Shown here: one piece after another, positions 1-12,644 of the stretch | Position numbering within the stretch: position 1 is the first letter of the stretch | Layout of the letters: each line of letters starts with the position of its first letter | Origin: Pelomyxa schiedti | Lineage: Eukaryota; Protista; Evosea | Length of the DNA stretch: 64,000 nt | Direction of reading: 5' to 3' | NCBI GenBank assembly: GCA_020536535.1 | Contig: JAHLWZ010000644.1 | Span: forward strand, 1-64,000 | Made by a program: the position numbers and the translations under genes | The notes under the pieces: generated by a model | Seen by the model: only the letters and a program-made list of their open reading frames with translations | The model's database searches: none | What the model was told of the DNA's origin: nothing

Positions 1-648
1 CGTTAATGGACAAATACAGAAGAAATAGAAACCTCAGTTCCTTGTTCATGCCTTGAACGGTCAAATGTGTCTCCAACACTTGATGTGATTTAGTATTAGT
101 CCATTTGGAAAGAAATCATCTATTACCTGTCTGATTCAATTGTGAAGTTTGTAGTATCCAAGGCTGTGATTTTTACTTTTTTGCAAATAAACCCCTCTGT
201 GGAAAACAAAAAAAACCACTCGTCCAAGAATGTATACAAAAGATTTTCTAAGTCATGACCTGTATTAAAAACATAAGAGTACGGAACCGAAAATTTCAAG
301 CCAGGACACTGTTCTTACAATTGAGTTATTTAGCCTGTAAAACTCCCCACACCTGAAACCGCAACGTGGTTTGTTTGAGTTTCTTGCACAGAATCGTTAA
401 GCGGAGTCATGTAATTCATAACACCACAGCACGCCCCTTCGAACGCCGCAGCCAAATTAGGACCCCATCCATGCACAATCACATCAGCTGGGTGGTCCAT
501 GTCTTGTTTGTTGAATCCCCAACCAGAAAAGCCACAAGGAGGAAAAACGGAAGGAATAAATGAGTTTTGGTGCCAGGGGTGAAGTCAAAAAAGAGAAAAA
601 ATGTGGGTGCCGCTTTCTGTAGGACACACATTCGAATTGCCCTGCCAT
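1..648 (-). CDS. Archease (RtcB tRNA-ligase cofactor), copy A; last exon lies outside the window
   Basis: Spliced translation MAGQFEY|MDHPADVIVHGWGPNLAAAFEGACCGVMNYMT...|GHDLENLLYTFLDEW...|VGDTFDRSRHEQGTE matches archease motifs (DH[T/P]AD, LL..FL.E, H..GTE). Confidence 0.9.
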
Positions 649-784
649 TTATTTGAACGACGAAACAATCCATCAGAAGGAAAAATTCAAATGAGCTGAA
701 CACGGAATAAATCAAACTGATATTGTTTGAACCGCGGGGTGGTAAGTGGTGAGAGTGCATTCGCAATGCCGAACGAAGTATGCA

Positions 785-1683
785 CTAGAGATGACGAATC
801 CATCGGGCAACTTTATCCTGCTGAGACTTTCCAGTCGTGGTTGCAGTGGTGTTTTGGAGTGATTCAATGTCATTTCGGACTTCCTGAACATGTTCTGCTG
901 TCAGTATGGGCTTCCTCTCACCCTTTCTTTGTCTTCTTCTCCATGCAGTCAGGCACATTCTAGCAAACACTGAAATAACGGCGCCAGTGGCTACCCACTG
1001 AATGGCAAGGCACACAATGGTCATAATGTGGAGTAAATCCTTGGAACAAGGGAATAAAATCTGTAGGCTAACTTGAATGAGGAAATGGATTACGTGAACC
1101 CAGAACTCACACTGTCCCAGCCATCATGTTGAAGAATTCCACTGCCATGCCCAAGTTGCATATGAGGGAATATTTAGTTATCCATGAAATAAAGGATTAA
1201 CCTACACGTTAGGGCCCAAATTACAAGGATAATAACCAGCCTTCCCTATACATTGGGAAACACCCGCAGTTAGTTCGATCTAGATATTATACATTTACCT
1301 CAAACAAAAGAGTAACTACAACTACAACGAAGCTATATGTACAAGCCACTATTTCGATGATGCCATAAATACACGTCTAGACCATGAGGTAAGCGACCAG
1401 TAATTTCGTATTTAATCCCTGTCCTCCTTTTCATGTTTTCGATTTATAAGCAGCTACAAACTGGGCACGCGAATCCATCGTCCATCTCCACACCAAAAAA
1501 CATAGCGTTGGTGAAGCTGCAAAGGAGAAGCGGAGCCCAGACAACAAAAGCAACAGGAAGCGCGAGGCACGCTTCTTGGCACAAAAAACAGTGGCAACCA
1601 GAGCACCGACCACAACACCCGCGAGTTTCACCCCACCGCCTCCTCCCACAAAATTTGGTCCTGTAGGCTGCGGGCATGTGCAT
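785..1683 (-). CDS. Small multi-pass membrane protein with Cys-rich N-terminus, copy A
   Basis: Five exons with GT-AG boundaries conserved in copy B: GCCGRCSGCHCFLC, TCIYGIIEIVACTYSFVVVV, GRLVIILVIWAL, LEFFNMMAGT, IVCLAIQWVATGAVISVF. Start codon uncertain. Confidence 0.65.
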
Positions 1684-1786
1684 TGAATTCGTGGATGCGT
1701 GCGCCCGAGATGTCTCAGAGTCCCAAATCAAATTGTGAAAAGGCATTCTACCGGCAAAAACGAAATAGTTGTCGCCTAAAAGATTG

Positions 1787-2558
1787 ATGAAGAAGAGGGG
1801 AGGGACACCGGTGGTGCCCAAGAGCACAACAAAAAGAATAACGCTGGCCAAACAAGGGTTGGAAGAAATACCTGGTGTGTGCAAAGTGTTTAGCCACTTT
1901 TTTTTCTTTTGTTTCATTTCTCATGTTGGAATGAAGTGGACCTCATCAGAGAACGATGTCCTGACGTTGTTGAGTTGGACTTAACTGACAACAACCTGGG
2001 CGAAATAATGGAGTGTCGGTTCTTTCCCACTCTGCAACTCCTTGTATTGGATGGCAATCACATTTCCTCTGACACTCAATTCCCGTTTCTACCGAAACTC
2101 GATGTACTACCCCTATCTTTACTTTCGTTTTCGAGTTTTACCTCCTCCCTTAATGGCTTTGAGTAATTAACCTTTTTTTCTTTCGTTTCCTTTGCATGCA
2201 ACACAACAACACCAAAGTCACAGACATGCAGACACTCTGGGTAAACAAAAACGAAATTACCAACCTAGCTCTATTTCTTGACAAAATTACATTGAGTACT
2301 CCCAACCTGAAGCATCTATCCATGCTCAAAAATCCAGTACTTTCCAACACCCGAATTCCCTCCCAATTTCGTTTTCCGTTTCGTTCTCCTTTTTTTTCCC
2401 TTCCCCTTTTTCCCCCTAATTCTACACCAAAGGCGTGCCCAAGTTGTTTCAATGGGGGTACTGTTGTTTTATATCAAGATTACAGATATTACACCCTCAG
2501 TCGACTGCCGCACCTCCTCAGTCTCGACAACTCCCCAATCTCTGAGGAGGAGCGCCGG
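1787..2558 (+). CDS. LRMDA/C10orf11-like leucine-rich repeat protein, copy A (truncated by gap)
   Basis: LDLTDNNL, LVLDGNHI, LWVNKNEI, LSMLKNP|ACP and an LRRcap (YRYYTLSRLPHLLSLDNSPISEEER). Confidence 0.8.
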
Positions 2559-2658
2559 NNNNNNNNNNNNNNNNNNNNNNNNNNNNNNNNNNNNNNNNNN
2601 NNNNNNNNNNNNNNNNNNNNNNNNNNNNNNNNNNNNNNNNNNNNNNNNNNNNNNNNNN
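2559..2658. other. Assembly gap (100 N)
   Basis: N run. Confidence 1.
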
Positions 2659-3116
2659 TTGTATGACCTGATGAACAACAAGTGAGAAATGAACAGACAG
2701 TAAGGACGTACATGACACCGGCGGTCCCCTTCATGGCCAAATGACGCTTGGAGAACAGCATCGGTGCACCTTTGTTGGTGGGGCATTCACCAGGAGGTTC
2801 CTCCAGAACTTTGCCCTAATGCGTTTGAGTTTCTATAAACTGGTAAATAGGAAGGTGACACACCGACTGAATGTAGTAATCAGGTTCAGAAAGGGTCTCC
2901 TGCAAGTAGTTGTCGATTCCTTGATAATTTGGTGAGGGAGTTACTATTAAGTCAAGAAATAGAGAGACTGTTAGTTGGCACACCAATAGCACAGCACCGT
3001 TTCTCCTTACAATCACGTGCCCACTCCTCAATCTTTGCCTGGAGAGGGTCTCCTGCACCCACTGTGTCTGCCATCTTGTGAACTGCTGCTGCGGCCGCGG
3101 AAGATAAGCTTTGCAT
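2659..3116 (-). CDS. Hypothetical protein, 3' end in gap
   Basis: Spliceable exons MQSLSSAAAAAVHKMADTVG...KEKR, TPSPNYQGIDNYLQETLSEPDYYIQS and GKVLEEPPGECP; no family recognised. Confidence 0.45.
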
Positions 3117-3423
3117 TGTCTTGGGGAGTATGTAGAGGTATTGTATTGGATGTCTCTGGATTTTTTCCTTGTCTACGTACTGAGAGCCAGCAACGCTTAT
3201 ATAGACCATGCGCAGGGAATTACTGTCACCGGACTTGACATGTCACGCAAAATTTCCTTCATTGCCTGTACACAAATCCTCGAAAACACGAGCAGGCCAC
3301 CAGCGTCACTCAATACGAAAAATCAACAATAGGTAAAAACAAGGGTTCCCCGAAACCATCAACAACATAAAAAAACAAGAACCGAAGAGGCGTGACGCTT
3401 AGGCGGACGATACAACAATTTAG

Positions 3424-4441
3424 ATGTCTACGTACCCAAATATTTCTGGTGCCATGAGGCACACCGAAGACAACAAGGTACCTTTTTTCTTTTTTTGTCA
3501 GGGAAATTAACCTCGGGTTTTTAGTTCAGGGGAAGATGGGCGCCACAAATCGCGACCCCAAAACCAAAGGTTGTGACCAAAATTATGGGTGGTATTAAGT
3601 AGGTAATTCTTTTTATTAGTTCTATGTGATAGCCCAACCAGCAAAGCCTGCTACCAAAACACCAGCCCCAGTAGCAGCTGCTCCCCCTCCAAAGGGTTTT
3701 TTCCTATATTCTCTCAGCTCATTTGTAATGTTTTGGGTTTGTTTTTACAGTCACCAAGCCAACTGTTCCTGCTCCAAGTGATGCTAAGTTTGTTCCCATG
3801 CTATTTTTTGGGCACTAATAGTTCTTACATTGTGTATAGGTTCACGATCATTGACAGAATGAAGAATTTCCGTAGTTACATGACTGAGGATGGTGCTTGT
3901 TACAACTCAGTTGGGGATGTACTAGGCTACATTGAGCAGTCCTCCTGGGAAGCTGGTTCAGCGTGTGTTTCTAGATTACATTTTATAACTTGAATAAATG
4001 TTAGTATTGAAGTGATGGGAAATTCCTTGGACGACTTCGTGATGACAACTTTGTTGAGAATGCTGTAGAAGTTGTTGTTGGTTGTGTGGACCTTGGTCGT
4101 GCATTGGTACCAAACACTGCTTTTGTTATTCCCAGCCCCCTCACCAAATAAAACAGATACGCGATGACCAAGATACAATTGTATGTGAAATGACAGGTAC
4201 GGGAGAGGTGTATGGTCACCAGGGATCCTACATTGGAGCATTTGACAACTTTGACTACCATCACATGAAGGTTTGTCCTCACAAATTTCCAAATATCCAT
4301 TTTCTGTGTCCCTAACCCTCAAACTACAAAAGATCATTACTCTCTACTTGTTACTTATTGACCCAGGTATGCTATCCACTTACCAACCAGCCCCATTTAA
4401 CGAAAATTCTCCAAGGCATGCTCAGCGAAATTGAAGGCTGA
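3424..4441 (+). CDS. Hypothetical multi-exon protein (Pro/Ala-rich N-terminus, small beta-rich C-terminal domain)
   Basis: About 8 exons splice in frame: MSTYPNISG..., FTIIDRMKNFRSYMTEDGACYNSVGDVLGYI, DGKFLGRL, GSYIGAFDNFDYHHMK|IITLYLLLIDPG. Confidence 0.7.
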
Positions 4442-4558
4442 AGGCTGTGTTGTTTGTCTCTGAGAAACTTTTTTTTCCTTTCTTGGAAGGGAACGCAACC
4501 CCGTAAAAAGAAAAGCAAAAACCGTCGAAACCCAAAACAAACAACCAAAATTTCGAAA

Positions 4559-7500
4559 ATGCAGCCACCACCCGCGACGGCGTCCACATCCACAGCAGCC
4601 AAGAAGAAAAGAAGCCGCAAACGCAACAAGAAGAACAAGAACACCCAACCCCCAGCAGCACAACAGCCTCCATCTTCTACTGCTACCACCACCACAACCC
4701 CCTCCCAACAGCCAGTGACTCCTCCCCCCGTCTCCACTCCACCTTCCTCTACTCCCGGTGCCGCCACTTCAACAACAGCGAGTTCCACCGCGAGCGCGAC
4801 TGCGAGCGCAACTGCCAGTGGTAGTACATGCGCCAGTCCTACCAGTACAACAACCGCAACCACCAGCTCCACCACCACCAGCAGCAGCAGCAGCGCCAGC
4901 ACAACGGGTGCTAGTGGGAGTGGGGCCACGACGGCTGCTGCTGCCACTGCCACTGCTGCTACTGCTACGGCGGCGGCGAGGGCCGAGGTGCCCAGGTACG
5001 GGCTGCCCTCGGGGCTGCGCGTGTGCGCGGTCAGCGGCAAGGGCATGGACGAGGCCGACCTGGGGCAGCTGGTGCACGTGGCGTTCAGGAAACGCCCAGG
5101 GATGGGCCCCGGCACGGGCAGGGGGGGCGGGGGCGGCGGGGGGGCCACGGAGGTGCTGCAGAGCGCCCTGGGGGACGTGGAGATATGCCCCGCCGTGGTG
5201 TCCAGGGTGGCCTACAACGAGAGCGTGGTGAACAACATCCCGCTGCAGTACGAGGGCGTCAGGGGCTCGGAGTGGCTGCCTCTGCTGCTGAGGAAGAAGG
5301 AGCACGGGTGTGTGTTGCCGCCTTGGCTTTGTGTGGACCACGAGATATTGGGGCCATTCTAACTTTCCGTTCCCTCCCCTCCCCCTCCCCCTCCCCCCGC
5401 CGCAGGTATCGTATGGCAGGTTGTACTTTGAAGACAGCATCGAAGCGGTCACAGGCAAGGCGGTATTCTGGAGTGTCTGTCTTCATTGGACAAGATATTA
5501 GTGGCTCAATGTCCTGCAACCTCACTGGATCCCTTACTACAAGGTTACAAGCTTGCCAGGAGAACTTGACTCGTATGCTTACTACTGAGCTCGACCCAAA
5601 TGCTACTATCAGCTTCTACACGTTTAGCAACACTGTCACCAGGCTAATGGCAGACCAGCCGCTTGCTACCCGTCGTGCTGAACTGCTCCGTGTAATCAGG
5701 GATATGCAAGAGAATGGCTCAACCCACTTCTATAGAGCGGTAAATAACATGGTTACTGACGGTGCAGAGTCAGTGACCCGAACGGGCATGCCTGCTGTTG
5801 TGGCAGTCTTTACTGACGGAGATGATACTGACAGCTCTGGCGATCTTTCCTTGCGCCAGCTCAAAGCAACACTCCAGAGAGTACGCGATAATCACGTTGC
5901 ATTGACACTCGTGATCATAGCCCCCTTGGGAAGTCCTCCTGTACTCGCTGAATTAGTTACGCTTGCACCAGAAGGGAGTGAACTACTCCAAGTAGATGTT
6001 AGCTCCAGATCTGATATTGGAACGGCGTTCGCATCTGTTGGAAAGAAAATCATAAGCAAGCAGCATGGTGGTGATGGTACAGATGATGGCGTTTACGGGA
6101 CCATGGATTTGGTGGAAAGTGCTCTAAGTGTTATTGCAACAGGAGAAAATGGGCACTTCGACCCCAAACTGATGTGGGCAGTCTCAGCTAAACTCCTTTG
6201 CACTGTTGTTCTCCGCCTAAGCAAGGCCGAGATAAATCTTTCCCAGAAAACTCTTCAAACTTACTGTGATATCCACCGCACTCTGCTGGAGTTCATGGCT
6301 ATGCGACCAGAAATTAAGCAAGACCTTCTTACAACCATGCAGTTGTTCACAAATAAATCGACGCCCCAGAACAGACTCCGATCTGCTGTACCTAACTTAG
6401 GAGAGGCAATCCAAGTCTTATCTCTTTTGGATGAAACCGAAATGAGCTGGGAACAATTCTCACCAGTATTTATGCCAGAGTTGTTTAGAAGAAATGCCAA
6501 GTGGCATTCAATGACAAACAGCAATAGGTAATTGTTCTGCCCCTTTTCCGCAACAATATAAATCTTACTTCTAGGCCTGTGGCTGAACAACTCTCTATTC
6601 TATGGGAGGGCTACAAAATCTCCATGCTTCTTATAGCTTTCAATGTTCTTTTTGTGAAGAGAGTTGTGCATGTTGGTGGTCGCACTCTTGCCGATCTTTG
6701 TCGTTATTATGACGGTACCTTGGAGTATGTCACGCCTGAACAACTGGCAGAGCTTGTTGGACGGTTCGAACGCCTCCGGTTATTGAGCTCTTTCAATGCT
6801 GTAATGACAGAGCTGGGGCTACCATCAGTATTCGTCAAATCCCACTCACCAACTATCTCACTGTTTTAAAGGGTGATAACGATGTTATGGATCTCGTTTC
6901 CTACGGCTTCACATATGTGGACTGTGAGAAAGGTGGGCCCACTCCAGGGGAGCGCACAATTCAACCAAGCCGCACAATGAGGAATTATACCGGTGACGCC
7001 AGCTCAAGCGGTGTGAAACCACTTGAGGAACTGGATGAAGATACAGATGCCGTTCTACGACTTGGGCGGATAACATTGGCACCCCCCACACCCCCACCAC
7101 CTGGACCAGGTCAAACTTGCACTCCGACTGCTTCTGCGTCTATGTACAGCTCACCCGTGAAGAGGAAAATGCTTCATGCTGGATGGGCAGTAACAGGTTT
7201 CTGTCGCCCGATTCAAACACCAAATTCCGCGCCAACTTATTCAATACACAGGCCTTCATACAGTGCCTGCTATTTTGGCTCTAGCTGCCCCACACCGGGT
7301 CAATAGCAAATGCTACACGGCTGTGGTGTTTGGAGCAGATACCGACCCCGCGTTAGCAGCTGACTGTATGAGCCGTGAAGGCCAAACGGTGCCGGCCGTA
7401 ATTGTAGCCATCAGGAATTCCAGAACCACCGGCTTGGTGGCTGATATAGCTGTTGAAGGTAATGTAATGCAGATGAACCTGAGCAGTCCCACAGGGGGTA

Positions 7501-7595
7501 TGAAGCCTCACGAAATGAAAAGAGCAGCCCTTGGATGGCCCCAAACTCCAACCAATGTTAGGGTCACAGTTACAATGGAAGTAACCTGGCAATAA
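4559..7595 (+). CDS. VWA-domain protein with low-complexity N-terminus and helical C-terminal region
   Basis: MIDAS DISGS, VAVFTDGDD; continuous spliced frame through ELFRRNAKW to the stop at 7595. Confidence 0.75.
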
Positions 7596-7795
7596 CTAGA
7601 AGAATAAAGAAATAGACCCTAGAACAGTGTTTACCTTCTTTTTTTTTTTGAGAGAAAAACAAACTGAAGAGGCCGAGGAGAAAAAAAAAGTTTGTTTTAA
7701 ACGAGTGAGGATACCCACCTTTTAATTTGTGTGTGGCTTTTTGGTTTTTTGTTTATTGTTATCAGATCCCCAAGTTTCTATGCAAAGAGGCATGA

Positions 7796-10700
7796 TTAGT
7801 TGTTTTCCAGAGGTAGTGGCGTTTCTTCTTGATTTGGTGGTAAAACTGGGTGTTCTTGCTGCACAGGTTCTGCCACAGACATTGGAACTGGTTCGGCTTC
7901 AGGAGCGGGAATGGGTTCCGGTTGTTGTACTATGTCCATGGTTGTTGTTGAAACCCCTACAGAAAGCTCCGGTTGTGGTTGCGGTAGTTGCGGTGGTTGC
8001 TGGTCCCCGCCGGTTCCTACGGGCTCTGTGGTGCTAGTGGGTTGCGGCTGTACAGCTTGATGTGGTAGGGGTGTATCTGTTTGGGCTGCCTCGGATGCTA
8101 CGGCCTCCGCGGGTTGTGCAACTTGCTCTTGTGTGAGTGCAGTACTCTCCATGGTATCTTGGGGTTGCATGTTAACTTCTGGGATGGCTTCCGTGTTCTG
8201 CAGTTCGGGGTGGCCCTCCAAATGTGACTCCACAGGAGGGTGAACAACGTCTGGTACTGGAATAGATTCTTCTTGTGGGGGGAGCGCTTGGGGCAGCATT
8301 TCTGGTTGCGGTTGCGGTAAGACTTCTTGTGGTACTAGAGGCATCACAGATTCGGGTTGTTGAGGAGCTTCAGCTTCAGCTTCAGTACCTTCGACATGTT
8401 GAGATGGCAGTGTCGCAGCAACCATCTCTTGGGGAGGAAGTTTTTCTGAAGGTGGTTGCTCTTGCTTGAGTGGCTGTAGTTCTTCAGACGTTTGAATAGG
8501 AAGAGCTTCTGTGTGTTGTTGGACTTCCATTGAGGTATTACCTTCTAGCTTTGTACATGGTTGTTCAAGCTGTCGCACGGGAGTAGGTTGCGCCTCATCA
8601 CTAGTTACCTGGGTTGTTTGCACTGTTGTAACTGTGTCGGTTTCTTGTTGAGGTTGTGTTGTCTGGGGTAGGCCTTGAGGTAATGCTTTTTCATTGGAAT
8701 GTAAGAGGGTAAATGAAAGGAAATGGTAAGATACCTTGTGGTCGAGGTTGTGGCTTTCCCTGCCCCTGAATTCTGGTTACGAGTATGATGTAAAGCCTGT
8801 CTGCTTGGCCAGGAGCTGCCCTGCAATTTTCATTACTACAGGGGATGGAAATAGCTGGAATCATTTTTTGAGGAGCTAAAACCACCTCAAAGTGGGATCG
8901 GTTCTCATGAATTCTGGAAGATCGGCTTCTTTTCTTACTGGAAGAAGGTAGATTTCTTCTATACCAACTGGGGGTTGCTTTAGAGCGTTATCTACGTTTG
9001 CATGCCCAGCACTAAGTTGCATTAGAAGAGAATGCTGAGGAAGCTTGTACCGTTCTCGCCCAGTGAAATAATCAAACACCAAATTGTATTGACTGCGATC
9101 TTGCTCAGTGACTGGTTCGAGGCAAATCGTTGTTCGCTTTCTAGTAGCACTTGCACCTAACTGAACCAAGTAACTGGGAAATATTGGTCTAACAAAATAA
9201 ACAAGACTGCACACACTTGAGGAGTCTATCTATAGGAAGGCGTCCTGTGACATCGAGAGTTTGAGGCAATACAGAAGAATCAATGGGTCTTCCACATGCG
9301 TAGGTTCCACATACAACAAATGGGGGGTAAGGGGGTTTGTTCACGGTAAACTGCCAGCCAATTGGTGAAGCGTCAGCATCAGTGGGAAGCCGTGCCGAAG
9401 GGGAAACATCACTACCTTGCCCAGTAGTACGGGACTTCTTTGGTGGTGGCTCTTGAAGTACGTTATTGGAAATAAAACGGAAATTAGAAGTACCTGCGGG
9501 TCGAGTATGACTATGAGTTGGAGGAGAGGCAGAGTCAGAGTATCGCGGAAGAGACTGTACACTTCCATCTCCTATCAGCTTGGCAGCTTTCTCAGCTTGT
9601 TGCTTTTCAATTACCATATCAGGAGCTGTTCCCTCTTGAACAACCACCTTTGTGCGATTAATTCATGACAAATGGAGCACACGTACAGTTTCCATGGATT
9701 TTTTTTCACGAGATTTTCTCCAATTTATGAGATCGGGATTGGCGAGCTGCTGTGGTGTCATTTGTGCCAGGTGTTCAGGTGAGAGCTCACCACTAATAAT
9801 TCTATCTCGTAGCAAAGGGTTCTTTGCATCCTGAAAAAAAATTTGATTAGTATTCATACAGTTAGCTGCTGCAAACCTTAAGGTTAGATTGCAGGCTTCT
9901 AATCTTGCTGGCATACGTTTTACTGGAATTGGAAAATGAATCATGGACTGCTGCCTCAATTTGCTCCGCAATGTCTCTCTTACCTCCCAGTATTGTACTT
10001 AACTTCTCAATGGCAGAATTGCGGGTGGTGATAGGTATTTGCTTCTGAGGCTGTCCTTTGACTTATCATACAATTGTGAGAAGAAAAAAAAAGGAAACAG
10101 TAACACACTTGTCACTTTGGTAGAATCGGGACTCGCCACCACGGTTTTTGTACCAGGAGCGGGCATAGAGGCACGTCGGGCTCTTTGATCAGAATCACTA
10201 CCATCGCTCCCTACACAAGAGAAATTAGAATTTTCTGTGGTAAGTAAAAGGGGTGTAAATGTCGGAGGAGAACCTGAAACGTCATCCTGGGATGAAGTAG
10301 GAACACTTGCTCGTATTTTTGCTGGTATTTTGGCAGTGGCTTTTTTGGGGGAATCAGGTGCTGTTGCCTTTTAAGAAGTAAGGGCACCGCCTCAAGAAAA
10401 TAGAGTATTTTTTGTAAGAAACGAGAAAGAAAACGCAGCTACCGGCACTGGCTGTGAAGTGCCTTGCGGCTTTGACTCTAAAAAATACAATCAAAAAAAG
10501 GGAGAAAATAGTGAAGGAATTGTACCACAACGCTTGCAAACGTAAGTTTTTATTCCCTTGGAAGCACGTTGGGATATGCCAACACATTTTCCATGGTACC
10601 ACTCTTCACATATATCACACTGGATCATAAAACTTAATGTGGGTTATTATGGGTAGAAAACTTTCGAAACCGAACCTCCCGTCATCCTTTGATCTGCAGA

Positions 10701-11428
10701 AACAGTAGAGTTTGTTTTCTTCATCCCCATCTTCATCATCAGATGATTTACGCTTCTTCCGTTTTGTTCCCGCACCACCAGAGGAACTTTTTGAAGGCCT
10801 AGGCCTTGCACCACCAGGAGCAGACTTTCTCCTGGCGGCACGCTTCTTCGCATCTTCACCTTCCCGATAATCGTCGTCGTCGTCGTTTGCATCGGGCGCC
10901 TCGTCATCATCGTCTTCCATATCTTCTTCATTCTCGTCGGGTTCGTCCCCGCTCTTGTCCTCTCCTCCTGCTCCACCTTCCTGGTCTTCGTCATCTCCCT
11001 TCCCAGCACCTCTGGGTTTGCCAGTTCCCCCACCTCGCCTCTGTTGTGGTTGCTGTTGTTGCTGTGGCTGTTGCGGGCGTGGCTTCCTGGAAGCTGGTGA
11101 CTTTGGGGGAGCAGCGGCCGTTGCTTGCGGTTGCCGTTGTGGTGACGGGGCCGTGCGTCCCCCTTGTTGGGGTTGCCCAGAAGTTGGTTTCGTAGGAGTC
11201 GGTGGGTTCCTGGCTCCTCCCTGTTGCTGCGGAGTTGGAGACTGTTGTGTAAGTTAGTTTTTTCTACGTGTACGTTAAGTTGCGTGGTGTTGTTGTTTGT
11301 TTGTGGAGGAGAGGAGGTGGTTTTACGTTTGCGCTCGCAGGTCTCTGCTGAGCTGATCCAGGGACGTGCACCCTTACGGTGTGGTGTCCCGTCGGCGTAG
11401 TTGGCGTCGTGTGCGGTTGTTGTTGCAT
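7796..11428 (-). CDS. PHD finger / TFIIS-central / SPOC protein (Bye1/PHF3/DIDO-like)
   Basis: LYCFCRSKDDGRF (PHD), NPLLRDRIISGELSPEHLAQMTPQQLAN (TFIIS_M), LPQTLDVTGRL (SPOC), Q/P/E-rich tail. Confidence 0.85.
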
Positions 11429-11893
11429 TGGACGTGCGAAATTGACGCTGCGACCCTTGCACCCTGTTGCAACACCTCCTTGGGGTTTTGTTTTTTTTTT
11501 GTTTTTTTGCCGTGCAGATGTTTGTTGGTTATTTATAGGGCAAACCGGTCAAAAGACATCAAGAAAAACCGACCAAGCCAACACTTTGTCTGACTCCAAC
11601 GTGAAGTTGTCTACGGTCCAACAGTGTACTATAGAGGCTTTTTTTTATTGGATCTGAGAATTTTTTTTTCCCGCTCGTTCGTTTCGTGGGCAGGGAACTG
11701 CTGTAACTAGTGACACCTTAAATGCCACTCGCTGTTTTATTCAATCATCGATTTTTCTCGTATTCTAATAGACAAAAACAAACAAAGTCAATACAAGGCA
11801 CGGTTCTGTGATTTATGGCCTACAGCTAAAGTAATAATTTTAAAATCGCGTAGCAATTCTGGATGGTGGGACCAGAGTAGAATACCTTGGGAA

Positions 11894-12644
11894 TTAAATG
11901 TCAACTGTAACATAGACATCACATCTACTAGGGGTGATAGAGAGATGCATATTGTGCATAGTGATAGCTTTTATCTACACACATTAATGGACAAATGCAG
12001 AAGAATAGAAACCTCGGTCCCTTGTTCATGCCTTGAACGGTCAAATGTATCTCCAACACTTGGTGTTTAGGTATCAGTCCATTTGTGGAAAGAAGTTATC
12101 TATTACCCATCTGATTCTATGGTGAAGTTTGTAGTATCCAAGGCTGTGATTTTTACTTTCTTGCAAATAAATCCCTCTGTGGAAAACAAAAAAAACCACT
12201 CATCCAAGAATGTATACAAGAGATTTTCAAGGTCATGACCTGATATAACAACATTAGTGTCGGAACTCAATAGAAATTTCAAACCAGTGCACTATTCTTA
12301 CAGTCCGTTATTTAGCCCATAATACCCCCACACCTGAAACCGCAACGTGATTTGTTTGAGTTTCTTGCACAGAATCATTAAGCGGAGTCATGTAATTCAT
12401 AACACCACAGCACGCCCCTTCGAACGCCGCAGTCAAATTAGGACCCCATCCATGCACAATCACATCAGCTGGGTGGTCCATGTCTTGTTTATGTTGTAAT
12501 CATCCCCAACCAAACAACCAGAGAGCCACAGTGGGGGGAAAAAAGGAAGAGAATGAAGAGTGAGTGACCAGGCGGGAAGTCAAAAAAAAGAGAAGAAAAA
12601 AGGGTATCGTTCCCTGCTAACACACATTCGAATTGCCCTGCCAT
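11894..12644 (-). CDS. Archease, copy B (complete)
   Basis: Same exons as copy A plus a final exon IKAITMHNMHLSITPSRCDVYVTVDI* (KAIT...DI signature). Confidence 0.92.

Larger units (their letters stand above)
1..2558 (+). repeat. Segmental duplication, copy A (direct repeat of 11982-14646)
   Basis: Colinear similarity from cgttaatggacaaa... to ...gaggagcgccgg, ending at an N gap; same three genes in the same order. Confidence 0.95.

Noticed and set aside
4372-5458. Long antisense or alternative-frame ORFs (4372-5148, 4769-5458, also 10647-11462, 62492-62830)
   Set aside because: Shadows of GC-rich or low-complexity real exons; no recognisable domains.
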